A stretch of DNA of 64,000 bases from Candidatus Limnocylindrales bacterium (GTDB lineage Bacteria; Chloroflexota; Limnocylindria; Limnocylindrales; CSP1-4), in the NCBI GenBank assembly GCA_038214255.1, contig JBBQRZ010000005.1, positions 49,289 to 113,288 on the forward strand. Reading direction: 5' to 3'. The notes below the pieces were generated by a model, which did no database searches, had not been told where the DNA came from, and saw only the letters and a program-made list of their open reading frames with translations. The stretch's first letter is position 1; each line of letters begins with the position of its first letter. The position numbers and the translations under genes are program-made. Below are positions 30,243 to 40,402 of this stretch, one piece after another.

Positions 30243-32742
30243 ATGCGACGACCCCCGCTCGCCACCCTTGCGTTCGCCGTGCTCGTCTCCTTCCCGGTGG
30301 TCGGCCCGGCGGTCGCCGCCGAACCGGTTCCAGGGAACAGCGCGGGTTTGGCGTCCGCCCTGCCATCGAGCGAGGTCTCGCCGTCGGTGACGCCGAGCCC
30401 GACGCCCGACGCGTCCCCGGATCCGACGGCCACAGCCTCAGCGCCGGGCCCTACCGCCGCCCCCGGGGCCACCGCCGGGCTGCCGGGCCCGTCCTCGACG
30501 CCCGCGACTGCCGGCCCGCATCCCATCACATCCAAGCCGAGCCCGCCCCAAACGAAGGCCGACGGCCGCCCCGACCCGACCGGCCGCTACATCGTCGTCC
30601 TCAGGTCCGGCGCCGACGTCCAGAACATCGAGGCTCGCCACGGCGCGCGCGAAGGCCTGAAGGTGAACCGCAGCTTCGGCCGCGCGATCCGCGGCTTCAC
30701 GGCCAAGCTCGACCAGGCGCAGCGGCGCGCCCTGCTGGCGGATCCGAACGTCGTCGGGCTCGTCCCCGACGAGGTCATCCAGCTGGCCGCCCAGACCGTC
30801 CCGACGGGCGTGTCACGGATCGGGACGCGGACGTCGGCCATGGCCCAGATCGATGGCGTGGACCAGCGCGTCGACGCGGACGTGGCGATCATCGACACAG
30901 GCATCTACCAGCACCCGGACCTCAACGTCGCCGGTGGCTACAACTGTTCGTCGAGCAATCGGGGGCTGTGGCGCGACATGGAGGGACACGGCACCCACGT
31001 CGCCGGCACGGTCGCCGCGATCGACAACTCGTTCGGCGTCGTCGGCGTCGCTCCTGGCGCTCGCGTCTGGGCCGTCAAGATCCTCAACGACTCCGGCTAC
31101 GGGCTCCTGTCCTGGTACGTCTGCGGCCTCGACTGGGTGCTGTCACAGCGCGATCCCGCGAACCCGAGCCGGCCGCTCTTCGAAGTCGCCAACATGAGCG
31201 TCGCGAAATACGGCCGTGACGACGGCCGCTGCGGCGCGTCGAACAAGGACATCCTCCACCAGGCGATCTGCCGCGTGGTCGCCGGCGGCATCACCGTGGT
31301 GGCCGCCGCGGGCAACGACCACGCCAGCGCCGCGGCCCGGGTGCCCGCCGCCTACAACGAGGTCATCACCGTGTCCGCCCTGGCCGACACGGATGGGAGG
31401 TCCGGCGGCACCGGCGGCAACCGCTGCTATTCGTGGGGCGGCTACGACAAGGACGACACATTCGCCGACTTCAGCAACTACGGGTCCGACGTCGACCTGA
31501 TCGCGCCCGGCAAGTGCATCTGGTCGACCAAGCCCGGGCCGACCTATGGCTACTCGTCGGGTACGAGCATGGCCGCGCCGGCCGTCACGGGGGCGGTCGC
31601 CCTGTACATGGCGACGCGACCGGCGGCAACCCCGGCCGAGGTTCGCGCGAATCTGCGCTACCTGGGCAACCTGAACTGGAAGACCTGGACCGACCCCGAC
31701 CGGACCCACGAGCCGTTGCTCGACGTGTCCCGGATCGCGACCCTGGGAACGTTCGGGTTCGCGACGCCAAGGGCTCGGCCCCCGGTCGGCGAAGCCGGCG
31801 GAACGGCTCGCATCCCGGTCGTCCTGACCCGCAGCCCGTCCTTCTTCGAGCGCGTCTATCTCCGGGTCTCGAACGTGCCGTCGGGGTGGAGCGCCTCCCT
31901 GTCGGCCAGCAGCCTGATGGGCTGGTCCGCGAGGGCCACGGAGTTGCGTGTCACCGTCCCGCCCCGGACGCATGCCGGGACGTACACGCTGCGGATCACC
32001 GGCTCCAATTGGGGCCGGACCGCGACGACCGACCTGTCGATCACCGTCGTGAACGATCTCCCAACGGCCTCGCCGCCCATTGTCGCCCCGAATCTCCGCT
32101 CGGGCGTGACGATGGACGGCAGCGGCGTCCCGACATCGACGGCCATGCGCGTCGCGTGGCCGGCCGCGACGGACAAGTCGAGCGGCATCGCCGGCTACGA
32201 AGTCGAGCATCGCGTCAATGGCGGATCGTGGACGGCACCCGGGCGACGTCGGCGAGGACGCGGGCCATCGTCTTCTACGGGCTGGACCTGGCGGCGAGCC
32301 AAGGGTTTCGGGTCCGCGCCCGCGACGCCGCCGGCAACTGGAGCGCCTGGCAGCCGATGGGCTCCGACATCTCGTTCGCGAGCGTCGACGACCGCTCGCC
32401 ATCGATCACGTATCGCGGGAGCTGGACCGCTACTCGACGATGAGCGCCACGAACCACTGGCAGACCACGAGCCACCGTCGTTGGTCGACGGCGCGCTACA
32501 CGTTCACCGGCCGCGGCATCGCCGTCGTGGCCCCGCGCGGCCCCGGCCGCGGCAGGATCCGCATCTACCTCGACGGCGTGTATCGCGGGACCGTGGACAC
32601 GTACCGCAGCCACTTCCTGCCCCGCCTGATGGTGTTCGTGAAGGCGTACGCCTCGACCGGTACCCACACGATCGTCCTCCGGGTCGAGGGCACGTCCGGC
32701 CGGCCGGTCTTCTCCCTGGACGGATTCATCGTCCTCCACTGA
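30243..32742 (+). pseudogene. S8-family (proteinase K-like, I9 propeptide) secreted serine peptidase, disrupted by two -1 frameshifts
   Basis: Signal peptide, I9-like propeptide (RYIVVLRSGADVQ), and catalytic D (AIIDTGIY), H (HGTHVAGTVAA) and S (GTSMAAPAVTGAVAL). Homology to the C-terminal module of the 26670 paralog continues in the frame of ORF 31433..32443 after about 32241, and in the frame of ORF 32218..32742 after about 32428. It ends at 32742. Confidence 0.75.
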
Positions 32743-32897
32743 TCCGGTCCGACTCGCGAGGCGTCCGAAACGCACCCCGGCGGGGGCGTAGCGTCGATCG
32801 CCTTGCGCAGGTGCGCTATCGTGACCGTCCCGACGCCCCGGGCCGGGTATTCCCGTGGGCTGGCGGAACAGGTCGAGGTCATGCCGTGGCGCGAGCG

Positions 32898-33848
32898 ATG
32901 TGGAAGGGCGCGATCCAGTTTGGGCTGGTCACCATCCCGATCAAGCTCTATCTGGCGACCGAGTCCAAGGGCATCAGCTTCAACATGCTCCACAAGGACG
33001 ACCTGTCGCGGATCCAGATGAAGATCTGGTGTCCGGTCGAGGACGAGCCGATCTCCCGCTCCGACACGGTCAAGGGGTACGAATACTCGCCCGGCGAGTA
33101 CGTCGTCATCACCGACGAGGACCTCGAGCGCGTGCCGCTCAAGACCGTCCGCTCCATCGAGATCGAACAGTTCACGAAGGCCGAGCGCGACGACTCGAAC
33201 ACGCGCTTCGTGAAGAGCGCCTACTACGTCGAGCCCGACAAGATCGGTCGCAAGGCGTTCTACCTCTTGAAGTCGGTCCTCGAGGAGGACGGCCTCACGG
33301 CGATCTGCAAGGTCGTCATCAAGGACCGCGAGGCGCTCTCGGCGCTCGACCCGTTCGGCGACACCATGCTCCTGACCACGCTCCACTGGCCCGACGAGAT
33401 CCGCTCGACCGCCGAGCTCGACCTGCCCGACGAGAGGTTCGAGTTCAAGCCGGCCGAGCTCACGATGGCCAAGCAGCTCGTCTCGGCGATGACGGGCGAG
33501 TTCGATGCGACCCAGTACAAGGATGAGTACCGCCAGGCGCTCGAAGGCGTGATCCAGGCCAAGGTCGAGGGCAAGGAGACGGTCGAGATCGAGGAGCCGG
33601 AGGAGACCGGCAAGCTCATCGACCTGATGGCCGCCCTCGAGGCCTCGGTCAGCGCGGCCAAGGCGGCCCGAACCGCCGGATCCGAGAAGCCCGTGTCCGT
33701 AGCCGAAGCCCGGGAAGCCAAGGAGGCCAAGGCCGAGAAAGCCGCCAAGGCCGAGACCGAGACCGCTTCGAAGCGCAAGCCGGCCGCAAAGGCAGCTGCC
33801 GCCCACGAGGCCCCGGCAAAGACCGCTCGCAAGCGCAAGTCGGCGTAA
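32898..33848 (+). CDS. ku: Ku protein (NHEJ DNA end-binding) with Lys/Ala-rich basic tail
   Basis: MWKGAIQFGLVTIPIKLY ... start motif, inside the artefactual ORF 30186..33848. The C-terminal tail is AKEAKAEKAAKAE ... KTARKRKSA. Confidence 0.9.
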   Translation: MWKGAIQFGLVTIPIKLYLATESKGISFNMLHKDDLSRIQMKIWCPVEDEPISRSDTVKGYEYSPGEYVVITDEDLERVPLKTVRSIEIEQFTKAERDDSNTRFVKSAYYVEPDKIGRKAFYLLKSVLEEDGLTAICKVVIKDREALSALDPFGDTMLLTTLHWPDEIRSTAELDLPDERFEFKPAELTMAKQLVSAMTGEFDATQYKDEYRQALEGVIQAKVEGKETVEIEEPEETGKLIDLMAALEASVSAAKAARTAGSEKPVSVAEAREAKEAKAEKAAKAETETASKRKPAAKAAAAHEAPAKTARKRKSA

Positions 33849-33902
33849 CGGCTCGGGGGCCGCGCCGCGCAGCACGTCGAGCGGGGCTGGCACACTCCCC
33901 AA

Positions 33903-36683
33903 ATGCCGCTCGAGGAATACCGCCGCAAGCGCGACTTCGCCAGGACGCCCGAGCCCGCGCCGGCCGACCTCGCCGGCACGACCGGCCGATTCGTCGTCCA
34001 GCGGCACCGGGCGACGAGGCTCCACTTCGACTTCCGCCTCGAGATCAACGGCGTCCTCGTCAGCTGGGCGATCCCCAAGGGCCCGACCCTCGACCCCGCC
34101 GTCCGGCGCATGGCCATCCACGTCGAGGACCACCCGATCGAGTATTTCGATTTCGAGGGCGTCATCCCGGCCAAGCAATACGGCGCGGGCGACGTCATCG
34201 TCTGGGACTGGGGAACGTGGGAGCCCGAGATGCCGGGCGTGGACCCGGAGCAGGCCATCCGCGATGGGGAGCTGAAGTTCCGCCTCGACGGCGTGAAGCT
34301 CAAGGGTCGGTTCACGATCGTCCGCACGAGTCGGCGGCCGGGCGCGTCAGCGCAGACCGCCTTCGAGGACGACCGGGGCGACCAGTGGCTGCTCATCAAG
34401 AAGCGTGAGGAGTTCGCCCAGACCGGCTGGGATGCGGAGGACCACCCGCAGAGCGTCATGACCGGGCGGACCAACGACGACGTCAAGGCCGATCGGGACG
34501 CGCTGTGGAACGGCCAGGCCCCCGCGACGTCGGCCGAGATCGACCTGAGCGGGGCGCGGACCGCGAAGATGCCGCAGAGCATCCCGCCGATGATGGCCAC
34601 CCTGGCATCGAAGGCGTTCAGCGACCCGGACTGGATCTACGAGGTCAAGTGGGACGGGTACCGCGTCGAGGCCGTCATCGACGGGCCGAAGGTGCGGCTC
34701 TGGACCCGCAACCTCAACGACGCCGAGACCTATTTCCCCGGGCTGCTGACCCCGCCGCGCTGGATCGAGGCCAAGCAGGCCATCGTCGACGGCGAGGTCG
34801 TGGCGCTCGACGAGGCCGGTCGACCGGACTTCAGCCTGCTCCAGACCAAGCTCGGCGAGAAGGGCGCGACCGGGCTCGTCTACCAGGCGTTCGACCTGCT
34901 GTACCTCGACGGTCGGCTGTTGCTCGACGTGCCGCTCGAGGATCGCAAGCGTCTCCTGGAGAGCGTTCTGCGGGAGCATTCGCGGGTCCGGTACGCGGGG
35001 CACGTCGACGGGGAGGGGCTGGCGTTCTACGACGCGGCCAAGGCGCAGGGCCTCGAGGGGGTCATCGCCAAGCTCCGACGATCGCGCTACGAGCCCGGCC
35101 GGCGGACAACCGCCTGGCTCAAGCTCAAGGTCCGGCCCGAGCAGGAGCTCGTCGTCGGCGGCTGGACCCCGGGGCAGGGGAGCGCCAAGGATCTGGGCGC
35201 TATCGCGGTCGGGTACTACGAGAACGGCAGGCTCCGGTTCGCCGGCAAGGTCGGATCCGGGTTCACAGCCGGCATCCGCGCCGATCTGCTCAAGCGCCTT
35301 CGGCCGCGGGCCATCGACGAGCCGCCATTCGATCCTCCGCCGCCCAAGGACTACCGGGGACGCTGGGGCGGCGACCTCAAGGACATCACGTGGGTCCGCC
35401 CGGAGCTCGTCATCCGGGCCGAGCTCGGGGGGTGGACCCGGGAGAACGTCGTCCGCCAGGCTGCCTACAAGGGCATCGAGCCCGACCGCGACCCGAAGGC
35501 CGTCATCCGCGAGACGGCGGTTGCCACGACCACGGCGGTTCGTGACGCGGAAGCCGAGGCGCCCGAGGCTTCCGGCGCGGACGATCCGGACGAGGAGGAA
35601 TCGATGTCCACGCCACCGAAGTCGAAGCCGAGGCCGACGTCGGCGGCGGCCTCGAAGCCGATGCCGACGCCACCGAAGTCGAAGGCGAAGCCGGCGGCGG
35701 CGTCAACATCGAGGCCGACGTCCGCCCGCGTGACCGAAGCGGCGCTCGCTGCCCTCGAAGGCCTCGGCAAGGACGGTGTGTGGCGGGTCCGGGGCCGGGA
35801 CCTCAAGCTCACCAATCTCGACAAGACCCTGTTCGAGCCGAAGACCGCCGGCGAACCGCCGATCACCAAGCGCGACCTGATCCGCTACTTCGCCCGCATC
35901 GCGCCCACGATGTTGCCGCACGTCGCCGACCGGCCACTCAACCTGCATCGATTCCCGAACGGGGCGGGCGCGCCGGGGTTCTGGCAGAAGGACCTCCCTG
36001 ATACCGCGCCGACGTGGCTGCGGCGCTGGCACGAGACCGGGGTCGATGGCCGGAGCGACCGCGACGCCAACGATCATCTGCTGGCGGACGAGCCCGCGAC
36101 GTTGTGCTGGCTGGCCAACCAGGCGAGTTTCGAGATCCACGCCTGGACCGGGAAGCTGCCCGATCCGTGGCGACCCACGTTCGCCTACATCGACATCGAC
36201 CCCGGGGAGAAGACGACCTGGGACGAAACCCTCGTCCTGGCCCGGCTGTACCGAACCGCGCTCGGGCACCTCGGCGTTCGCGGCTATCCGAAGACGACCG
36301 GCCAGCGCGGCATCCAGATCTGGATCCCGATCGTGCCCAAGTACGACTTCTCCGAGACGAGCTCGTGGGTGGAGCGCGTCTCGAGGGCCGTCGGCGCGAC
36401 GGTCCCGGAGCTCATCTCCTGGGAGTGGGCGAAACAGGCGCGCAAGGGCCGCGCCCGGCTCGACTACACGCAGAACGCGAGCATCAAGACCCTGGTCGCG
36501 CCGTACAGTGTCCGGCCGGCGCCGGGCGCGCCGGTCTCGGCGCCGATCACCTGGGATGAGCTCGACGACCCCGATCTCCGTCCCAACCGCTGGACGATCC
36601 GCGACATCGTCGAGCGCGTCGAGCGAGTCGGCGACCACTTCGCGCCGGCCCAGACCGACCTCCAGGAGCTCCCGCCCGTCTGA
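33903..36683 (+). CDS. ligD: multidomain ATP-dependent DNA ligase LigD (phosphoesterase - ligase - polymerase/primase order)
   Basis: PE domain RFVVQRHRATRLHFDFRLE ... WAIPKGP. Ligase motif I YEVKWDGYR. Pol domain LKLTNLDKTLFEP ... PKTTGQRGIQIWIPI. A Pro/Lys/Ser-rich linker with a repeated 18-nt unit separates the ligase and Pol domains. Confidence 0.9.
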   Translation: MPLEEYRRKRDFARTPEPAPADLAGTTGRFVVQRHRATRLHFDFRLEINGVLVSWAIPKGPTLDPAVRRMAIHVEDHPIEYFDFEGVIPAKQYGAGDVIVWDWGTWEPEMPGVDPEQAIRDGELKFRLDGVKLKGRFTIVRTSRRPGASAQTAFEDDRGDQWLLIKKREEFAQTGWDAEDHPQSVMTGRTNDDVKADRDALWNGQAPATSAEIDLSGARTAKMPQSIPPMMATLASKAFSDPDWIYEVKWDGYRVEAVIDGPKVRLWTRNLNDAETYFPGLLTPPRWIEAKQAIVDGEVVALDEAGRPDFSLLQTKLGEKGATGLVYQAFDLLYLDGRLLLDVPLEDRKRLLESVLREHSRVRYAGHVDGEGLAFYDAAKAQGLEGVIAKLRRSRYEPGRRTTAWLKLKVRPEQELVVGGWTPGQGSAKDLGAIAVGYYENGRLRFAGKVGSGFTAGIRADLLKRLRPRAIDEPPFDPPPPKDYRGRWGGDLKDITWVRPELVIRAELGGWTRENVVRQAAYKGIEPDRDPKAVIRETAVATTTAVRDAEAEAPEASGADDPDEEESMSTPPKSKPRPTSAAASKPMPTPPKSKAKPAAASTSRPTSARVTEAALAALEGLGKDGVWRVRGRDLKLTNLDKTLFEPKTAGEPPITKRDLIRYFARIAPTMLPHVADRPLNLHRFPNGAGAPGFWQKDLPDTAPTWLRRWHETGVDGRSDRDANDHLLADEPATLCWLANQASFEIHAWTGKLPDPWRPTFAYIDIDPGEKTTWDETLVLARLYRTALGHLGVRGYPKTTGQRGIQIWIPIVPKYDFSETSSWVERVSRAVGATVPELISWEWAKQARKGRARLDYTQNASIKTLVAPYSVRPAPGAPVSAPITWDELDDPDLRPNRWTIRDIVERVERVGDHFAPAQTDLQELPPV

Positions 36684-36707
36684 ATGACGGGTCCAGTGCC
36701 GCGCCGC

Positions 36708-37637
36708 TCAGATGCCGAACCGGCGCAGGTACTCGCGGTTCGCGCGCTGCACCGCAACGACCGACCCGGGGGTGTCGGATGCCCGCAGGAATTGATCCTG
36801 CTCGATGACCAGCCAGCCTTGGTAGTCGTACTGCCGGAGCGCGCCGATCACCGAATCGATGCCCGAATCGCCCAGGCCGAGCTGACAGAACACGCCGCGG
36901 TTCAGGGCCTCCTCGAGGCCCTTCGCCTCGGCCTTGACGTCGTCCATGACCCTCATCTTGCAATCCTTGATGTGGACGTGCCGGATCAGCTCGTGATAGT
37001 CGTGCACGGCCTGCGTAGGGTCGGCCCCGCCGAAGCGGAAGTGACCGGTGTCCAGGCACAGCCCGAGCAGGGACGGGTCGATCCGGTCCATGACTCGAGC
37101 TATCTCGTCGGCGGTCTCCACGTAGGTGCCCGCGTGTGGGTGGAGGACGACCTCGAAGCCGGCCGAGCGACAGACCTCGGCGGCGCGGTGAAGGTTGTCG
37201 ATGAGCGCGTCGAACCGGGCCGGCGGCAGCCACGCCTCCGGGTGGTCAGGGATCCGGCCCGAGAAGGCCAGGCGTTCGGGTTCGTCGAAGTGGTCGGACA
37301 GGATCGCGAACGTCCGCGACCCCTCCGGCGCGCCCTCGCGGATGAGCCGCAGACTGCCGAGCAGCCACCCGAGATCCGCGTCCATCTTTTCGTTTCGACT
37401 GAAGTGCTGGGGAAGGAACGCCCCGACGAGTTGCAGCCCGCGCGACGTGAGGCGCTCGCGGACCTGTGGCGCGTCCCCGAGGAACCCGGGCGGGCCAAAC
37501 TCCGTGCCCTCGAACCCGATGTCGACCATCCAGTCGAGCATGTCGTCGGGTCCGGGCATCCAGGCGTCGTCGACGATGATCTCGTCGACCCCGAACGAGA
37601 CCGGCGCGCTCGCGACGCGCAACCGGGTCTCCGTCAC
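36708..37637 (-). CDS. sugar phosphate isomerase/epimerase (xylose isomerase-like TIM barrel; IolE-like)
   Basis: GTG at 37637 in a GTGA overlap with the LacI stop. VSFGVDEI ... GFEGTEFGPPGF ... VVLHPHAGTYVET ... LCLDTGHF motifs. Confidence 0.75.
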   Translation of the reverse strand: MTETRLRVASAPVSFGVDEIIVDDAWMPGPDDMLDWMVDIGFEGTEFGPPGFLGDAPQVRERLTSRGLQLVGAFLPQHFSRNEKMDADLGWLLGSLRLIREGAPEGSRTFAILSDHFDEPERLAFSGRIPDHPEAWLPPARFDALIDNLHRAAEVCRSAGFEVVLHPHAGTYVETADEIARVMDRIDPSLLGLCLDTGHFRFGGADPTQAVHDYHELIRHVHIKDCKMRVMDDVKAEAKGLEEALNRGVFCQLGLGDSGIDSVIGALRQYDYQGWLVIEQDQFLRASDTPGSVVAVQRANREYLRRFGI

Positions 37638-38668
37638 GGTGCCGACCCGGCGCAACCACACGAACGGCGGACTTCGAGCTCCATCGAGATGCGGACCTCC
37701 ATCGGGCCGGCACCGGTGTGTTCGAGGGCCCGCAGCACCATCGACGCGGCCAGGTCGCCGATGTCGCGGTCCCGCCTCGCGAGCACGGTCAGTGGCGGGT
37801 CGAGCAGGGGAGCCGCGTCGGTATCGTCGAAGCAGACGATCGCGACATCGTCCGGCACTCGGCGACCGCTCGCCCGCAGGGCCCCGAGTCCGCCGAGCGC
37901 GAGATCGAAGCTCGGATAGACGATGGCGGTCACCGGGTCATCCAGCGCGAGGAGGGCCGCGGTTTCCGCGCGACCGGCTGCCTCCGTCCAGTCGCCATGC
38001 CTCACGAACGACGGATCGATCGAGAGTCCGTGTGAACGCATCCCGATCCGGTAGCCAGCGAGCCGCTCTCCGCCGGATGTCTCGGTCTCGATGCCACCGA
38101 CGTACCCGATGCGGCGATGGCCGTGCGCCTCGGCCAGATGCCCGACGAGAAGTCGGATTCCCGACTCGTTGGCCAGCGAGACTCGTCCGGCACCGACCCC
38201 ATCGAGGAGGTTGTCGAAGAGGACGACCGGCAGCCCGAAGCGTCGCTCGATGGACCGCACGACCGAAGCATCCCGCGCCGACGAGCACAGGATGATCCCA
38301 TCGACACGCCCTGCGGCGAGGGCGAGCAGGGCAGATCGCTCTCGGTCGGGTCGCTCGTCGGTGTCCATCAGCGTGATCTGGTAGCCGGACGCCTGGAGTC
38401 GGTGCTGGGCTCCCTTGAGGGCGTTCGCGTAGAACGTCGACCCCACATCGGGGACGACGAACCCGATGACCCGGGTCGCTCGCGTCCGCAGGATCTGGCC
38501 CGCGGCCGACGGCTGGAAGTCGAGCTCGGCAGCTACCCGCTGGACGCGTTCCCGCGTGATGGTTGCCACGCTGCCGCGCCCCGACAGAGCCCGCGACGCC
38601 GTCGCGACCGACACGCCGGCCGCCTGCGCGACGTCGGTCAGTCGGGTCACCGACTCGGGTTCGATCAC
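37634..38668 (-). CDS. LacI-family transcriptional regulator
   Basis: N-terminal HTH LTDVAQAAGVSVATASRALSG, followed by a periplasmic-binding-protein-like sugar-binding core. Confidence 0.9.
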   Translation of the reverse strand: MIEPESVTRLTDVAQAAGVSVATASRALSGRGSVATITRERVQRVAAELDFQPSAAGQILRTRATRVIGFVVPDVGSTFYANALKGAQHRLQASGYQITLMDTDERPDRERSALLALAAGRVDGIILCSSARDASVVRSIERRFGLPVVLFDNLLDGVGAGRVSLANESGIRLLVGHLAEAHGHRRIGYVGGIETETSGGERLAGYRIGMRSHGLSIDPSFVRHGDWTEAAGRAETAALLALDDPVTAIVYPSFDLALGGLGALRASGRRVPDDVAIVCFDDTDAAPLLDPPLTVLARRDRDIGDLAASMVLRALEHTGAGPMEVRISMELEVRRSCGCAGSAP

Positions 38669-39495
38669 TTGACGGCGCCCATGGTCAAGCCGCGGACGAG
38701 GTGGCGCTGCACGAACAGCGAGAAGATCACGATCGGCAGCGCGCCGATCACGCCCGCCGCGCTCATCGCGCCGGTGTCGATGTTGATGCGGCCGATGAGT
38801 GTCGCTGCCCCGACCGGCATGGTCTGCGCCGACGGTGTGGACGTCAGTACCAACGCGAAGAGGAACTCGTTGTACGTGCTGATCGCGGTGAAGATGCCCG
38901 TCGCGACAAGTCCCGGTGCGGCCAGTGGCAGCACGATCCGCCGGAACGCCGTGAACCGGGTATCGCCGTCGACCATGGCCGCCTCCTCCAGGTCGACAGG
39001 GATCTCACGGAAGAAGCTCTCCATCATCCAGACGACGATCGTCACGTTGAACGCCGCGTAGATGACGATCAGGCTCAGGCGGGTGTTCAGGAGGCCGAGC
39101 TGGCGGGCCGCCAGGAAGATCGGGATGATGATCACGATCGGGGGCATGAGCCGGACAACGAGCAGGCTGAAGCCTACGTACCGATGCATGCCGGCCCACA
39201 GCCGGAACCTCGCGAGCGCGTAGGCCGCCATCGTGCCGAGGACCAGGGCGATCGCTACGCTCAGCGCCGTCACGATGATGGAGTTCGTGAGGTACGCGCC
39301 GAATTCGCGTCCGCTGAAGAGGCTGACGTAGTTCTCCCCGGTGAACTGCATTGGGATGATCGTCGAGTCCTGGGTGATCTCGCGGTTGCTCTTGAGCGAG
39401 GTCAACACCATCCAGATGAGCGGGATCACCGCGAAGGCGATGGCGGCCAGGGCGGCGAGCGCCCACATCAGCCCGCCGAGGCGATCGCGGGTCAT
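38665..39495 (-). CDS. carbohydrate ABC transporter permease (MalG/UgpE-like)
   Basis: ATG at 39495 in an ATGA overlap. EAA loop EAAMVDGDTRFTAFRRIVLPLAAPG and six TM segments. Confidence 0.9.
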   Translation of the reverse strand: MTRDRLGGLMWALAALAAIAFAVIPLIWMVLTSLKSNREITQDSTIIPMQFTGENYVSLFSGREFGAYLTNSIIVTALSVAIALVLGTMAAYALARFRLWAGMHRYVGFSLLVVRLMPPIVIIIPIFLAARQLGLLNTRLSLIVIYAAFNVTIVVWMMESFFREIPVDLEEAAMVDGDTRFTAFRRIVLPLAAPGLVATGIFTAISTYNEFLFALVLTSTPSAQTMPVGAATLIGRINIDTGAMSAAGVIGALPIVIFSLFVQRHLVRGLTMGAVK

Positions 39496-40388
39496 CGAGG
39501 CCGCCTCCGCATCATGCCGACGGCAAAGCCCGAGCCGACGAGGACGACGACCGCGACCATGAACAACATCGCGGCGGCATAGCCGACCTGCTGGAACTGG
39601 AAGAATGTCTGGTAGCCGTAGATGGAGATGAGCTGGGTCGATGTGCCTGGGCCGCCGCCGGTCAGCACGTAGACCTGATCGAACGTCGTGAGGGCATCGA
39701 CCGCCCGGAGGGTGACCGCCACGAGGATCACCGGACGGAGCAGCGGCAACGTGTGGTCGACGAACGTTCGCCACGACCCGGCGCCGTCGACGCGGGCCGC
39801 CTCGAACGGTTCGACCGGAAGCGACTGGATACCCGCCAGCAGGATGAGGAACAGGAGCGGTGTCCACTCCCAGACGTCGAGGAAGACGAGACCCCAGAAG
39901 GCGCTTGACCCGTTGCTGAGGATCTGGGGCGGGTCCATACCCAGACTGCGGGCGAGGGACGCCAGCAACCCTGCGTCCGATGCGTAGATGAGCCGGAACA
40001 CGATCCCGACGACGACCGGGGTGACGATCATCGGGAGGATCAGTGTCGTCCGGATGCGCCGGATGAACCGGACCTCCCGAGCACATAGCAGCGCGAGGGC
40101 CAGGCCCAGGATCGTCTCGATCGTGACCACGAAGAACACGAAGCGTGCGGTCGTGAGCAGGGCCTCGATGAACGCGGGGTCCTTGAATGCCTGTGCGTAG
40201 TTGTCCAACCCGACGGAGCGGATGAGGCGACCGAACCGGAAGAAGCCGGTGCTCGATCGAAGGCCATCGATGAGCGGATAGACGATGACGCCGAGCACGA
40301 GGAAGATCGCCGGACCAAGCATCAGGTACGGCAGCACCCTGTCCAGCCCGGAGCCACGAAGGCTCCGGGCTGCCAGCTTCGGCGTCAT
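39492..40388 (-). CDS. carbohydrate ABC transporter permease (MalF/UgpA-like)
   Basis: ATG at 40388 (MTPKLAARS). EAARVDGAGSWRTFVDHTLPLLRP EAA loop. Confidence 0.9.
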   Translation of the reverse strand: MTPKLAARSLRGSGLDRVLPYLMLGPAIFLVLGVIVYPLIDGLRSSTGFFRFGRLIRSVGLDNYAQAFKDPAFIEALLTTARFVFFVVTIETILGLALALLCAREVRFIRRIRTTLILPMIVTPVVVGIVFRLIYASDAGLLASLARSLGMDPPQILSNGSSAFWGLVFLDVWEWTPLLFLILLAGIQSLPVEPFEAARVDGAGSWRTFVDHTLPLLRPVILVAVTLRAVDALTTFDQVYVLTGGGPGTSTQLISIYGYQTFFQFQQVGYAAAMLFMVAVVVLVGSGFAVGMMRRRPR

Positions 40389-40402
40389 CGCCGTGGCCAC
40401 GG

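Noticed and set aside
30186-33848. A single 1220-aa ORF that would fuse a subtilase to Ku.
   Set aside because: The middle ~220 residues are Arg/Pro/Gly-rich nonsense. The real subtilase C-terminus continues in two other frames and ends at 32742. Ku has its own canonical MWKGAIQFGL start at 32898. The long ORF exists only because the frameshifted frame happens to lack stops in GC-rich DNA.
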